Source: an uncultured Bauldia sp.
GTDB lineage: Bacteria > Pseudomonadota > Alphaproteobacteria > Rhizobiales > Kaistiaceae
DNA length: 45,654 nt
Direction: 5' to 3'
Assembly (NCBI GenBank): GCA_964641825.1
Contig: CAZXKZ010000001.1
Location: forward strand, 1 to 45,654
A program made the translations under genes and the position numbers. Within the stretch, counting starts at the first letter, position 1. The number at the start of each line of letters is the position of its first letter. This document shows, piece after piece, positions 16,793-26,843 of this stretch. The notes under the pieces are model-generated. The model did no database searches. It was given only the letters and a program-made list of their open reading frames with translations, and was not told the origin of the DNA.

Positions 16793-19700
16793 ATGCCACG
16801 TATCTGGGGAACCACATCGGCGCAGTTTTACGAGCTCGACCAGGTCACGGCGGGTTCGCCCGTCAACGTCGGCGGCGTGACGTCGATCACGACCGTCATC
16901 GACAACACCGTCGAGTGGAACCGCATCACGTCGGGTATCGGCCGCGGCCGGGCGTCGTTTTACGCCACCGGGAACTGGGATCAGTTCATCGTACCGGCCC
17001 GCGTCTGCATGATCTACAAGGCCGTGTCCGGCTATGACCCCATCGTCGCCCGCGTGGTCGCCTGCTTCATCATTGAGGATGTCGAGCCGGGCGTAGACGC
17101 CAATGGCCTCAATATCGTTACCGCCTCGGGTCCGGGCATGGAGTCGCTGCTGACACGCAAGCCGGTCTGGGTGCCCATCGGTGAAGAGGAGATCATCGAG
17201 GTATCGCTGCTGAATACGGCCGCCGGCCCGGCCACCACAACGCTAAGCGTCGGCGCGCCGGCCGGCAACGACAGCGCAACGCTGGCCTCCGTCAGCGGCG
17301 TCGATGTCGACGACGAGGTGCGCATTCGCATGGGCGCATCCAACGACGGCGACTGGCATATCGCCCGCGTAACGGCCGTCAACCCACCGACCGCGCCCGC
17401 GGGCACGATCCAGTTTACCCCCGACATCCCCAGTGATGCGGCGGCCGGCAACTCGGTCGAAGTGCGCACCGCGGGCCTGAGCCTGACCAGCGCGGGCAAC
17501 ATGGCAAATGGGCAGCGAGTCGAGATCACGCTCGACAATGCTACCGTCTTCGAGACGCTGATCGTCAAGGTCAACAGCTCCATCAACGCGGTCTACATTC
17601 GTGACGGCCTGACCTCGATTGCCACGGCGGGGAACACCGTCAGAGCCTACGACTACAGCGCGCGCACCAGCTCCGACGTCACGCAAATCATGCAATACGC
17701 GCCGGAGTGGGAGGTTCAATTTCAGACGGGTAACGGCTCGGCCGAGGGCACGGCGCACGTGCCCAAAGGCGAGAGTGTCTTTGATCTCCTTTCCGCCATT
17801 GCCGAACGAACCGGCGAGTTCTTCCGCCACCGTATCCTCGTCAGCGGCCTGCCGGCGTACCTGCTCGACTGGCGGCGCACGGCCGACAATAGCGGCGTCC
17901 AGCTCATCATGTACGACACGGATGAGCAGGCCCGGCAGGCGGCCGACGAACTCAACATCGGCAAGGGGGCCATCTTTAAGCTGCGCGGCAAGCAGTCGCA
18001 GCCGGTCATCACCCGCGTCTATCCCCGCGCGGGCGACGGCGAAGTCACGCTGCGCTATTGCAGCGCCCAGGCCGTCACCAATGCCGTGGTGGATGGATTC
18101 ACGGTTCACGTCAGCGACGACCTGTATGAACCGGACTACGTCGAGTCGACCGAAGACCCGTTGGGGATTCATTCCGTCGTGGAGAGCTACGGCGACATCT
18201 CTGCCAACGACGCGGGGAACCCAATCGGCCTGACGGCCGCGGCCGACCAGCTGCTACTGTCGGCGATGAACACGCTCTATCAGGCGCGCGGCCGGATGGT
18301 CTATACCATCGAGGCGTTCGTGCCCAGCCTAATCCACCCCGGCCAGTACGTGTCGATTGAAAACGAAACGCGCAGCGTGCCGAATCCCGACACGCCCAAC
18401 TCATTCGTCGTGCTGGAGACGACCGAGCGGCTGGTGAACGGCCGGCCGCGCACGACGCTATTGGTGTCGCCCTATGCCGGGATGTATCGTTCGGCGGCCG
18501 TCGGCGTGGCGCGGATGATTCGCTCCGTCATTCAGTCGCAGCGGCGCATGGCAACGCGGGCCTCCAGCACGGCCACCCGGTCGGTCACGGTCGGCGGGGG
18601 CAGTAGCGGCAGCGACCACGGCGGACTGACCGGCCTCTTGGACGATGACCATCCGCAGTATCTCCGGACGGACGGCTCGCGGACGCTGACCGGCAACATG
18701 CTCGCCAATGCCGGAGTGACCATCGACGGTGTGGATCTGTCGGCGCACGCGGCCAACCCATCGGCGCATCATTCCCCCGTCACGCGCTACAACAGCGGCA
18801 TCTTCCTGAGCGGCCAGGCGGTCGGCGTACTACTCGGCCCAACGTCTGGGATGGTGATCCGGCCGCTCGGTGTCGACGAGGGGCTGAGCGTCCTGCTGCA
18901 ATCGCCGTCGGGGCTGGACTTGTCGGCGTCCGGGTTGGCCGTGGCCGAGGCGCTGGCCGGCGACGGTCTGCGTATGGCCTCGAAGGTCATGCACATCGAC
19001 CTCGACCCGACCGGCAGCGGCCTGACGTTCAACAGCGGTTACCTGCGTCTGGGCGTGCCGACGGCGATCAGCGCCAACGGCGTCGGCGGCGTGTCGGGCA
19101 GCGGCCACGGCCATGCCGTCATCGCCACGGCGCTGGGGCACTCCACGTTCGACACGCTGCTCAAGAATAACACCGAGGGCGGGTTGAGCCTCGGCCGCTT
19201 GTCCGTCGGCACGGCCAACAACTCCGTGGCTACGGCGTTCTTCCGGTCAAAGGTCGTGGACGATGTCACCGTCTACCTGCAGCAGATGGCCGGGCAGACG
19301 GCCGACCTCTGGCGCGTGGAAAACAGCGCGGGCAATCCGCTCATCCGCTTGACCGGCGGCGGCGATCTGGAGAGCGGCACGCCGGCTTTTGTATCCGGCT
19401 TGACCGGCTGGGAGATAACCAGTCAGGGCGACGTGGAATTCAATAACGCCTTCATCCGCGGCGAGCTGCATGCCACCGTATTCGTCGCCGACGAGATGCA
19501 TGCCACGGGCGGGACCGTCGCTGTGATGACGGCGACGACCGTCGCGCCCTCGGTGGGCGCGGCCGACAACAAGCTGCCGGGAATCGGCGCGTCCTTCACG
19601 CTGAACGTTACGGCGTCGTTGGCGACCGGCCTCTGCTACTTCGCCGCCAACGACATCATTCGCATCAAGTCGATGACCGATGTCGTCAATGGCGGCTCGC

Positions 19701-21601
19701 TCAACCTGTACGATATTTATCTGCAGGTGACCTCGGTCGGCTCGATAGTCGGCCGCGACCTGGCCAACGGCGAGGCGGGCTATCACCCGATAACGGTCGT
19801 TCGGCGCCGCGGCGGAGCGCTCAATCACATCATTCCCGCCGGCGCCGCGGCCGTGCGCTGGGGGCGGGTCGGGCAGACGGCCGGGTCCTACACCGGTGGG
19901 GTCATCCTGACCAGCGATCTCAATCACGCGCCCTACATCGACATCTTCACCGTGCCCGCCGACCGTTCGGTCACCGACTGGCAATCGGGAACAGTGCTGC
20001 CGACGCCGCACGTGCGCGAGGGTAACCTGCGCGGTGTGCTGGGCAAGTCGGCCGACGAGTGGGGCATCGCCGCGGGCACGAATCTGGCCGACGGCTCGCT
20101 GTCGGCGCGCTACATCGTCGCCTCGGATCAGGGAATCCTGCTCAACAACGTTGACCTGAAAGCCTACTACGCGGGCAATCCGACGATTCACCTGGCCTAT
20201 ACGGGCGACGTTCGGTTCGGCACGGACACGTCCGGCGATGCCACGACGACGTTCTTCCATCAGGCCGCGAGCGGGTCGGCGCGCCTGGGGCCATACGTCA
20301 ACGGCAAGCCGTTTCTGCTCTGGGACAACGCGGCGGGCGTGTTGGGGCTGTACCAGCGGGCGGGCGGTGTGAATAACGGTGTCATCCTGCTGAACGCGTC
20401 GGGCGAGTCGTTCTTCGCCGGGCCAATGACCCTCGGCGCGAACGGCGGCATCTGGCAGGGAACCGGCTCATTCGCCGCGCCGACGACCGGACTGAAGCTG
20501 TCGCGCGTCGGCAACAGCGGCGTGCTGGAGGCGTGGAACGGCGGCGTGCGTCAGGCGGCATTCGACAGCGACGGGCGATTCAAGGCCGGTTGGAACAGCG
20601 GCGCGTGGAATGTCGTGCTGGACGCCAACGGCATCGAGATTCAATCGGAGCAAATCAGCGTCGTCGGCGCAGCCCTGTCCCTGCCCTACCGGCGCATTAA
20701 TTTCAAGGACGGGGCGACGGCGCTGGGCTGGATCGGCGGGCGCAAAGAAACATACGGCGGCCTGCTGACCGGCGCGGAGTTTGCTCTGGACGGCAGCACG
20801 TATATGCGGCTCCTGCGCAATCCCGGTGGCGGCGGCGGCAGTGTCCAGATTAAAGCGCAGACGACAATTAACATGGACGCGGCGACCGATATTGTCTTGT
20901 CTGCTACCCGGGTCAGCGCGGCCGGGGCCTTCATCGGCACGGGCGTACTGGCCGGCGACCTGACAGCGGGCGTCTCGGCGTTCGGCCAGATCACATCCGA
21001 CCTGCTGGGCAACGGCCACAACGCGGTCATCCTGCGCGACGCGGCGCAGGTCAATCACGGCATGACGGGCCTGGTGATCACCTACACCTACGGCGCGATG
21101 GGCAAGGTGGGCAACACGACCGGCGGCCTGCGCATCGGCGGCTACACCGAAGACGCCATCGGCGCGGAATTCGGCGGCTACGCGACGAACGCATCGACCA
21201 TCAACAGCACAACCGCGCTGGCGGCCGTCGTAGTCAACGCGGCGCAGAAATCGGGCACGGGCGTGACCTCATTCGCGGCCGGGGCGAACCTGTTCGCGGT
21301 GCGAAATAACGGGGCAAGTCGGCTCCTGGTGAAGGGCAACGGCGACCTGTACGTCGACGGCGCGAGCGGCACGTATGACGACCATGACGACGTGCGGCTG
21401 CTGCGCGCGGCCGACCTGGCATTGGCCGGGCACGACATCGACGGCGAGTTCGCCGCCTGGCTGCGCTACAACCGCGCCGACCTGGAACGGCTGGGACTGA
21501 TCGATGGCACGTTCGTCAATTTGTCGCGGATGCAGCGCCTTATCACCGGCGCGATTTGGCAGTTGGACCGGCGGCTCCGGCAAGTAGAGGCCGCCTTGTG
21601 A
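16793..21601 (+). CDS. large tail fibre / host-specificity protein (1602 aa)
   Basis: Size and position after the tape measure gene. Internal HGGLTGLLDDDHPQYL motif (about 18614-18661) of the kind seen in phage minor-tail and fibre proteins. Confidence 0.7.
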   Translation: MPRIWGTTSAQFYELDQVTAGSPVNVGGVTSITTVIDNTVEWNRITSGIGRGRASFYATGNWDQFIVPARVCMIYKAVSGYDPIVARVVACFIIEDVEPGVDANGLNIVTASGPGMESLLTRKPVWVPIGEEEIIEVSLLNTAAGPATTTLSVGAPAGNDSATLASVSGVDVDDEVRIRMGASNDGDWHIARVTAVNPPTAPAGTIQFTPDIPSDAAAGNSVEVRTAGLSLTSAGNMANGQRVEITLDNATVFETLIVKVNSSINAVYIRDGLTSIATAGNTVRAYDYSARTSSDVTQIMQYAPEWEVQFQTGNGSAEGTAHVPKGESVFDLLSAIAERTGEFFRHRILVSGLPAYLLDWRRTADNSGVQLIMYDTDEQARQAADELNIGKGAIFKLRGKQSQPVITRVYPRAGDGEVTLRYCSAQAVTNAVVDGFTVHVSDDLYEPDYVESTEDPLGIHSVVESYGDISANDAGNPIGLTAAADQLLLSAMNTLYQARGRMVYTIEAFVPSLIHPGQYVSIENETRSVPNPDTPNSFVVLETTERLVNGRPRTTLLVSPYAGMYRSAAVGVARMIRSVIQSQRRMATRASSTATRSVTVGGGSSGSDHGGLTGLLDDDHPQYLRTDGSRTLTGNMLANAGVTIDGVDLSAHAANPSAHHSPVTRYNSGIFLSGQAVGVLLGPTSGMVIRPLGVDEGLSVLLQSPSGLDLSASGLAVAEALAGDGLRMASKVMHIDLDPTGSGLTFNSGYLRLGVPTAISANGVGGVSGSGHGHAVIATALGHSTFDTLLKNNTEGGLSLGRLSVGTANNSVATAFFRSKVVDDVTVYLQQMAGQTADLWRVENSAGNPLIRLTGGGDLESGTPAFVSGLTGWEITSQGDVEFNNAFIRGELHATVFVADEMHATGGTVAVMTATTVAPSVGAADNKLPGIGASFTLNVTASLATGLCYFAANDIIRIKSMTDVVNGGSLNLYDIYLQVTSVGSIVGRDLANGEAGYHPITVVRRRGGALNHIIPAGAAAVRWGRVGQTAGSYTGGVILTSDLNHAPYIDIFTVPADRSVTDWQSGTVLPTPHVREGNLRGVLGKSADEWGIAAGTNLADGSLSARYIVASDQGILLNNVDLKAYYAGNPTIHLAYTGDVRFGTDTSGDATTTFFHQAASGSARLGPYVNGKPFLLWDNAAGVLGLYQRAGGVNNGVILLNASGESFFAGPMTLGANGGIWQGTGSFAAPTTGLKLSRVGNSGVLEAWNGGVRQAAFDSDGRFKAGWNSGAWNVVLDANGIEIQSEQISVVGAALSLPYRRINFKDGATALGWIGGRKETYGGLLTGAEFALDGSTYMRLLRNPGGGGGSVQIKAQTTINMDAATDIVLSATRVSAAGAFIGTGVLAGDLTAGVSAFGQITSDLLGNGHNAVILRDAAQVNHGMTGLVITYTYGAMGKVGNTTGGLRIGGYTEDAIGAEFGGYATNASTINSTTALAAVVVNAAQKSGTGVTSFAAGANLFAVRNNGASRLLVKGNGDLYVDGASGTYDDHDDVRLLRAADLALAGHDIDGEFAAWLRYNRADLERLGLIDGTFVNLSRMQRLITGAIWQLDRRLRQVEAAL

Positions 21602-21645
21602 TGCCAATTGTTTGCGCGCCAACACCAGAGAAAGGATCGAACACG

Positions 21646-21837
21646 ATGGACATTGAGACATTGAAACATAAGCAGGCGGAGATTCGGGCCCAGCGCGTTC
21701 AGTTCATCGCCGAAGCCGAGCGTCAGGTTGCGGCGTTCGACGGCGCGCTGGCGCTGCTGGAAACCCTGATCGCCGAGGCGGCGGGCGAAGCTGAGGCAGG
21801 TGTCGCGACGGCCGCCGCGGCCGAAATTGAGGCGTAA
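21646..21837 (+). CDS. small coiled-coil hypothetical protein
   Basis: ATG preceded by gagaaaggatcg. 63 aa, A/E-rich. Confidence 0.4.
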   Translation: MDIETLKHKQAEIRAQRVQFIAEAERQVAAFDGALALLETLIAEAAGEAEAGVATAAAAEIEA

Positions 21838-21843
21838 ACAGCC

Positions 21844-22566
21844 ATGGCTTACGACAACCTGCAAACGCAGCGTTGGTCAACGAATCTCAACACGTACACG
21901 CTCGGCAGCTACGCCGTGTCGGGATCGAACTCCAACCGGATTCTGGCCGTGCTGGCATCGTTCATGCGCACGAACGAATCGGGCATCACGCCGACAGGGA
22001 TTACGTGGAATAGCCAGAATTTGATCGAGGCCGCATCCATAACCGGCACGTCGTCAAGCCGCACGTATTATGCGGGTATCTGGTATCTCATCAATCCGGC
22101 CGCGGCAACGAGCGATATCGTGGCTTCGCCGGGCGCCACCATGGGAGGGGCGATCCTGAGCGCGCTTACGCTCTACGATGCGGCACAGACAGATGTCGTT
22201 GTCGATACCGACGTTAGCTCCATCACCATCGACAACGACGCGTATTACAGCGCCGGGGTGTCAGGTCGGGAAGATATGCATCTGGCGATGGCTGTGTCGA
22301 ATGCGGCCAATAACCCGACCTGGACCTGGAGCAGCACCTATAGTGCGCATACTGAACTGTATGACCTGAATGAGGGGTCTTCGACTACGGGCGAGATCGC
22401 CGGGTCGGGCGCTTATTGTCCCGTTCCCGACGGTTACATCGGCATCGGTTTTACGTGCGCCGTTACTCCCGTCCGCACGGTCGGCGTGGCGGTGCGATTC
22501 AAGGGGCTGGTTGCGGCCGGCAGTCTGATACTTCCGCGTCGGCCGCGAGCTTACATCAGGATGTGA
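21844..22566 (+). CDS. hypothetical virion-associated protein
   Basis: 240-aa ORF in the tail block, S/T/A-rich. Confidence 0.45.
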   Translation: MAYDNLQTQRWSTNLNTYTLGSYAVSGSNSNRILAVLASFMRTNESGITPTGITWNSQNLIEAASITGTSSSRTYYAGIWYLINPAAATSDIVASPGATMGGAILSALTLYDAAQTDVVVDTDVSSITIDNDAYYSAGVSGREDMHLAMAVSNAANNPTWTWSSTYSAHTELYDLNEGSSTTGEIAGSGAYCPVPDGYIGIGFTCAVTPVRTVGVAVRFKGLVAAGSLILPRRPRAYIRM

Positions 22567-22581
22567 GGTGAGTCAATGAAC

Positions 22582-23238
22582 TTAAGGCATTTCGCCTGTC
22601 TTAATCCAGTGTCTCCCGGCAAAACGCAAGCGCCGAACATTGCGCGCCAGATTTTCGGCCGGTGTAACTGGTTCCATGTGATCCGGGTTGACGCACATTG
22701 GATTACAGCAAAGGTGATCGAGTTCGTAGCCATCTGGTATAGGGTCTTTATGCAGCTCGTAAAGCCAGCGGTGCGCCAGTTTGTGCTTGCGGGTTTTTGT
22801 TTCTTTATCCCAGATGTTGACCTGCGGACGTTTCGTGTTTTGAACCGTTCGCTGCCATATCCAGCATCCGGTCTCATTCTCGACGGTGTACATCTGGCCG
22901 GAAAGAACCCGATGACTATGACCTGGAAGGAATCGAGCTGGATGCCCTTGCGCCAAGCCTTTTGCGCTATTAGTTCGTTTGGATATGGGAGCAGGTTGCC
23001 CGCAACCACACAAGCACAAACCTTCTTCATTGGGAGAATTCGGACGGTCAAGCCCGCGAACAATATGCCAGTTTTCACCACGTTTAAATTTAGCGCGGCA
23101 CTCTCGGCATATTTCGCGCCGTTTTGGGGTATGACGCCCGGCCGGGATATTGGAATAAACATCAAACGCATCGCGAGACAGAACGCGCTTGCATTTTTTA
23201 CATTTACAACTGTCTTTAATTGCCCCTCTTGCGGGCAT
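22582..23238 (-). CDS. HNH homing endonuclease
   Basis: C-terminal ELDHLCCNPMCVNPDHMEPVTPAENL (HNH_3-type signature). The ATG at 23238 is preceded by AGGAGA. Opposite strand and visibly lower GC than flanks. Confidence 0.85.
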   Translation of the reverse strand: MPARGAIKDSCKCKKCKRVLSRDAFDVYSNIPAGRHTPKRREICRECRAKFKRGENWHIVRGLDRPNSPNEEGLCLCGCGQPAPISKRTNSAKGLAQGHPARFLPGHSHRVLSGQMYTVENETGCWIWQRTVQNTKRPQVNIWDKETKTRKHKLAHRWLYELHKDPIPDGYELDHLCCNPMCVNPDHMEPVTPAENLARNVRRLRFAGRHWIKTGEMP

Positions 23239-23276
23239 AAGATGCTCTCCTGATATTGTCTGATGTAATGGCAACG

Positions 23277-23305
23277 ATTATACAACACGAGGTAGAAAAT
23301 GTCAC
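23277..23305 (-). promoter_or_regulatory. sigma70-like promoter for the HNH gene (GTGACA-N17-TATAAT)
   Basis: Reverse complement of 23277-23282 is TATAAT and of 23300-23305 is GTGACA, with a 17-nt spacer. Confidence 0.4.
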
Positions 23306-23772
23306 GGATGTACGCGATCACCTTTGAAAATATAGCCGTCACAGCGGCACAAGATTTTTTTGAGCTATCCCCCGCCGACGACAAGCCGGTACTTGTTCAC
23401 GCGATTTACCTGTCGCAATCAAGCGACGTGGGCGACGCGGCCGAGGAGATGCTGCGCGTGACCATCAAACGAGGTCACACGACCAGCGGCAGCGGCGGGT
23501 CGTCGTTCACCCCGGTGCCGCTGGAATCGAGCGCCAACGCGGCGGCCGGGACGACGGCTGAGATCAACAACACGACCCAGGCCAGCGCGGGCACGGCCGC
23601 GCTGCTGCACGCGGAGGCGTTTAACATTCGCAGCGGGTGGCAGTACATCCCCACGCCCGAAGCGCGGCCGGGGGCGAGCCAGGCCAACACGACGCTGGTC
23701 GTCCGGCTGGAAGCCGCGCCGGCGGACAGCCTGAGCATGAGCGGGACGCTGATCTTCGAGGAGTTAGGGTAA
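23299..23772 (+). CDS. hypothetical virion-associated protein
   Basis: 157-aa ORF resuming the plus-strand tail block. Confidence 0.45.
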   Translation: MSRMYAITFENIAVTAAQDFFELSPADDKPVLVHAIYLSQSSDVGDAAEEMLRVTIKRGHTTSGSGGSSFTPVPLESSANAAAGTTAEINNTTQASAGTAALLHAEAFNIRSGWQYIPTPEARPGASQANTTLVVRLEAAPADSLSMSGTLIFEELG

Positions 23773-23778
23773 GCGTGA

Positions 23779-25923
23779 ATGGGCGTATATCGTAAGCCGC
23801 CGGTCATCCGGCGGCGACGGCGCTTCTTCTTCTCGCGCGGGCCGCAGGTCATTGAGGCCTCGGCGACGGATGGGCTTGAGTTCGTTGCCGCGGTTGCGCG
23901 GCGGGCCACGTATCGACCGACTGCGGCCGACATTCTGGACGCGCTCGAATCGACGGCGCGACGGGGCATCTATCGCAGCACGGCGACGGACGGTCTCGAC
24001 CTGGCCGGCGCGCCGGCACCACGCCGGATTCTGCGGGCGAGCGTGGTCGAGTCGGTCGGGCTGGCGGGCACGATGAGCCCGCGCGCCGACTACCGGACAT
24101 CGCTGGCCGACCTGTTGGACCTGATCGAGACGGTCGCGGCCGGCGGGCGGATCCCGGCCGAGGCGACCGACGCGCTGGACGTGACCGACGGCGCGACACC
24201 GGGCTATATCATCCGGCGCGCGGCGGTCGACACGTGGCAACTGCTGCCGGCTGTCGGCCGGTCGGCCGTGCTGCGCGCCACGGCCGCCGACGCGCTGGAC
24301 GTGGCCGGTGTGGCCTCCTACCCTGCCCCGGCCGATTCGGGCGAGGTCGACATCGTGCCCGACGTCGACGGCACGGAGAGCTCCGACACGACGATCAACC
24401 TGACCAATACCGAGCTGCCTGTGCGCTCGGCGCATCCCTATGCCGCGCTTGAATTTCACAATCCGGACGTGCCGCAGAATGCCATCATCGTGCCCGGCTC
24501 GGCCAAGCTACAGCTCTACGTGGTCACGGCCGATGACCCGGGGTTGACCATCAAGGCGCACAAGACGGCCAGCCCGGCGACGCTGTCGACTACCAACGCC
24601 GACTTCAGCGGCCGGACGCCGCTCACCAGCGGCGTGGAATGGAACGCGGCCAACATCGGCGTGGGAGCGTATAAAGATTCGCCCGACATCGGGCCGGTGT
24701 TGGAGGAGGTGTTCGCCCTGCCGGAGTGGACGCGCGGCAGCAGCGATCTCGTGCTGCTGCTGATCAACAACGGCACGGGCGGTTATATCCGCTTCCACTC
24801 GGAAGACGGGGCCAACCCGCCGCGGCTGGTCTTCGACTGGTACGTCGGCGGCCTGACCATCACCGCGACGGCGGCTGACACGCTGGCGCTGCTGGACGAC
24901 GCCGCGCGACAGGCGATTGTGGCCGCGGCGACGAGCGACGCGCTCTCTCTGGCCGCGGCGACGGCAACGGCTGTGAGCCTGCTGGTCGCCGATGCGCTGG
25001 AACTGAGTGAGACGGTGCTGACGCTGGCCAGGCTGGCCGTCGGCGATGCGCTGCTGCTCAGCGATGGCGTGTACCTGACCTATGCCATGAGCCTGACCGA
25101 GCCGGTGGCGTTTCACGAGGCGATCAACCGCATTGCCGCCGTGCGCGCCCAGAGCGTCGACGCGGTCGACTACGTCGAGGCGGTTCAAACTCGCGTCGGC
25201 ACGACGGCGGGCGACGCCTACGGCCTGACCGAGGCGCTCGACGCCCGGCGCATCCTGGCGGCTCTGGCCGTCGACGCGCTGCGCTACACGTTCGTTTTGA
25301 CCGGCGACATAGCGGGCATCCTCGAAGCGATTGCCACCGACGCACTCGATCTCTCGGCCGTGGCCACGGCCGGCTGGCGCACGCGGGCCACCGCGGCCGA
25401 CGCGATGGAACTGAGCGAAGGCCTGGCCGCCGTCCGGCGCCTGCTGGCCGGCGCGCTGGACGCCGGCGCGATCGGCGACGTGGCCGCGCTGCTGAAACGG
25501 GCGCGAGCCACGGCTCAGGACGCGGCCGAGTTCGCCGATGCCTTGCGGTCGCTTATGCGCACGCGAGCGGCCGACACGCTGGACTTGTCGGACGAGGCGC
25601 TTGGCCAGGTCGCATTTATTCTGCACGCGCTCGCGGCCGACGTGCTGGAACTGACCGAGGCGACGACCGTCAACTGGCGCGTGACCGCGCGCGACCGGCT
25701 GGAGTTTGCCGCGACCGTCGCGGCGATCATGCATTGGGTCGAAGCGGTGCAGGACACGCTCGGCCTGTCGGGCGTGGCCGTCTTCCTGCTCCCAAATGGA
25801 ATTGTGCGCATCGAATTGGCTATAAAAGCCATGACCGTGCAGTTCGACGTCGCCATGCCGCGAGTTGCCGGAGCGGTCAAGGGGCCGCGAGTGGACATCG
25901 AGCCGCATGGCCTACAAGAGTAG
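23779..25923 (+). CDS. repeat-rich tail/baseplate-associated protein (714 aa)
   Basis: Many degenerate repeats with an A-[TA]-D-A-L-[DE]-L core flank a central non-repetitive domain (aa about 190-350). Confidence 0.55.
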   Translation: MGVYRKPPVIRRRRRFFFSRGPQVIEASATDGLEFVAAVARRATYRPTAADILDALESTARRGIYRSTATDGLDLAGAPAPRRILRASVVESVGLAGTMSPRADYRTSLADLLDLIETVAAGGRIPAEATDALDVTDGATPGYIIRRAAVDTWQLLPAVGRSAVLRATAADALDVAGVASYPAPADSGEVDIVPDVDGTESSDTTINLTNTELPVRSAHPYAALEFHNPDVPQNAIIVPGSAKLQLYVVTADDPGLTIKAHKTASPATLSTTNADFSGRTPLTSGVEWNAANIGVGAYKDSPDIGPVLEEVFALPEWTRGSSDLVLLLINNGTGGYIRFHSEDGANPPRLVFDWYVGGLTITATAADTLALLDDAARQAIVAAATSDALSLAAATATAVSLLVADALELSETVLTLARLAVGDALLLSDGVYLTYAMSLTEPVAFHEAINRIAAVRAQSVDAVDYVEAVQTRVGTTAGDAYGLTEALDARRILAALAVDALRYTFVLTGDIAGILEAIATDALDLSAVATAGWRTRATAADAMELSEGLAAVRRLLAGALDAGAIGDVAALLKRARATAQDAAEFADALRSLMRTRAADTLDLSDEALGQVAFILHALAADVLELTEATTVNWRVTARDRLEFAATVAAIMHWVEAVQDTLGLSGVAVFLLPNGIVRIELAIKAMTVQFDVAMPRVAGAVKGPRVDIEPHGLQE

Positions 25924-25938
25924 AAGTGAGGTAAACCA

Positions 25939-26466
25939 ATGAGCGATGTAATGGAGTTTCGCGGAAATGTACCCCAGGCGGCCGACGTCATCGGCGCGTT
26001 GGGCGTGCGCGGTGAGTTTGAGATCGTTTGCCGGGGGCCGGACGGCCGGATCAAGTGGATCGAGCGAGTCAGGAACACCTTCGTCAATACCGGCCTGAAC
26101 TACCTGCTGGACAGCGGATTCGGCGGCACGGAGTACCTGGGCTTGAAAGGTTCGGGCACGCCTAACGCGGCCGACACGATGGCCTCGCACGGCACGTGGT
26201 CGGAGATCACCGCCTACAGCGAGGGCACGCGGCCGACCTACAGCCACGCCGCTGCCGCGTCGCAGCAGATCACCAACAGCGCCTCGAAGGCCAGCTACAG
26301 CATCAACGCCACAACCACGATCTACGGCATTTTCTGCACGACGAACAGCACGAAGGGCGGCACGACCGGCACGCTCATCAGCGTGACCGATTTCGCCTCC
26401 TCCAAGCCGGCCGACAACGGCGATACGCTGGAAGTGACCTACACCGTGACGGCGGCCAATGGCTAA
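25939..26466 (+). CDS. hypothetical protein (receptor-binding candidate by position)
   Basis: 175-aa ORF at the distal end of the tail module. Confidence 0.4.
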   Translation: MSDVMEFRGNVPQAADVIGALGVRGEFEIVCRGPDGRIKWIERVRNTFVNTGLNYLLDSGFGGTEYLGLKGSGTPNAADTMASHGTWSEITAYSEGTRPTYSHAAAASQQITNSASKASYSINATTTIYGIFCTTNSTKGGTTGTLISVTDFASSKPADNGDTLEVTYTVTAANG

Positions 26467-26494
26467 GCGCAGCTCGCGCCGGAGGGACAGGAAA

Positions 26495-26818
26495 ATGACG
26501 GTTGCACTGGAACGCTCAACCGTGGCGCTGGTCGCCTCGTTTCTGGACGAGGACGACCAGCTCATCACACCAACGGCGATCAATTGGTCGCTAACCGACG
26601 GCGACGGGAACGTGGTCAACGGCCGGTCAGAGGTCGACGTCGTGCCGGCCAATCAGATCACCGTCGTCCTATCGGGCGATGACCTGTCGATGGCGGCCGG
26701 AGACGACGGCCGGCGGCAGGTCGTGATTCGGGCGCAGTACGACGGCGCGTTGGGCGACGACCTGCCGATCGTCGGCGTCATCGAATTCACCGTGCGGAAC
26801 GTGCCCGGAATCGCGTAG
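26495..26818 (+). CDS. hypothetical protein
   Basis: The ATG at 26495 is preceded by GGAGGG. Confidence 0.4.
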   Translation: MTVALERSTVALVASFLDEDDQLITPTAINWSLTDGDGNVVNGRSEVDVVPANQITVVLSGDDLSMAAGDDGRRQVVIRAQYDGALGDDLPIVGVIEFTVRNVPGIA

Positions 26819-26843
26819 AGTCCGTGCCAGGCTCAGGAACGAG

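Noticed and set aside
21556-21645. Upstream extension of the small coiled-coil ORF (start at 21556 or 21601)
   Set aside because: It overlaps the end of the 1602-aa gene and lacks an RBS. The ATG at 21646 has gagaaaggatcg upstream.
22576-23253. 225-aa plus-strand ORF co-oriented with the tail genes
   Set aside because: It is antisense to the HNH gene, which has a clear catalytic signature, an RBS and a promoter. The plus-frame product has no features.
24508-25908. 466-aa minus-strand ORF inside the repeat-protein gene, plus similar shadow ORFs (386-1210, 9702-10703, 10669-11589, 15235-16098, 17243-18172, 19247-20260, 27307-28365, 38233-39189, 40159-40935)
   Set aside because: All are R/G/P/H-rich antisense frames to well-supported genes, with no RBS and no domain signatures.
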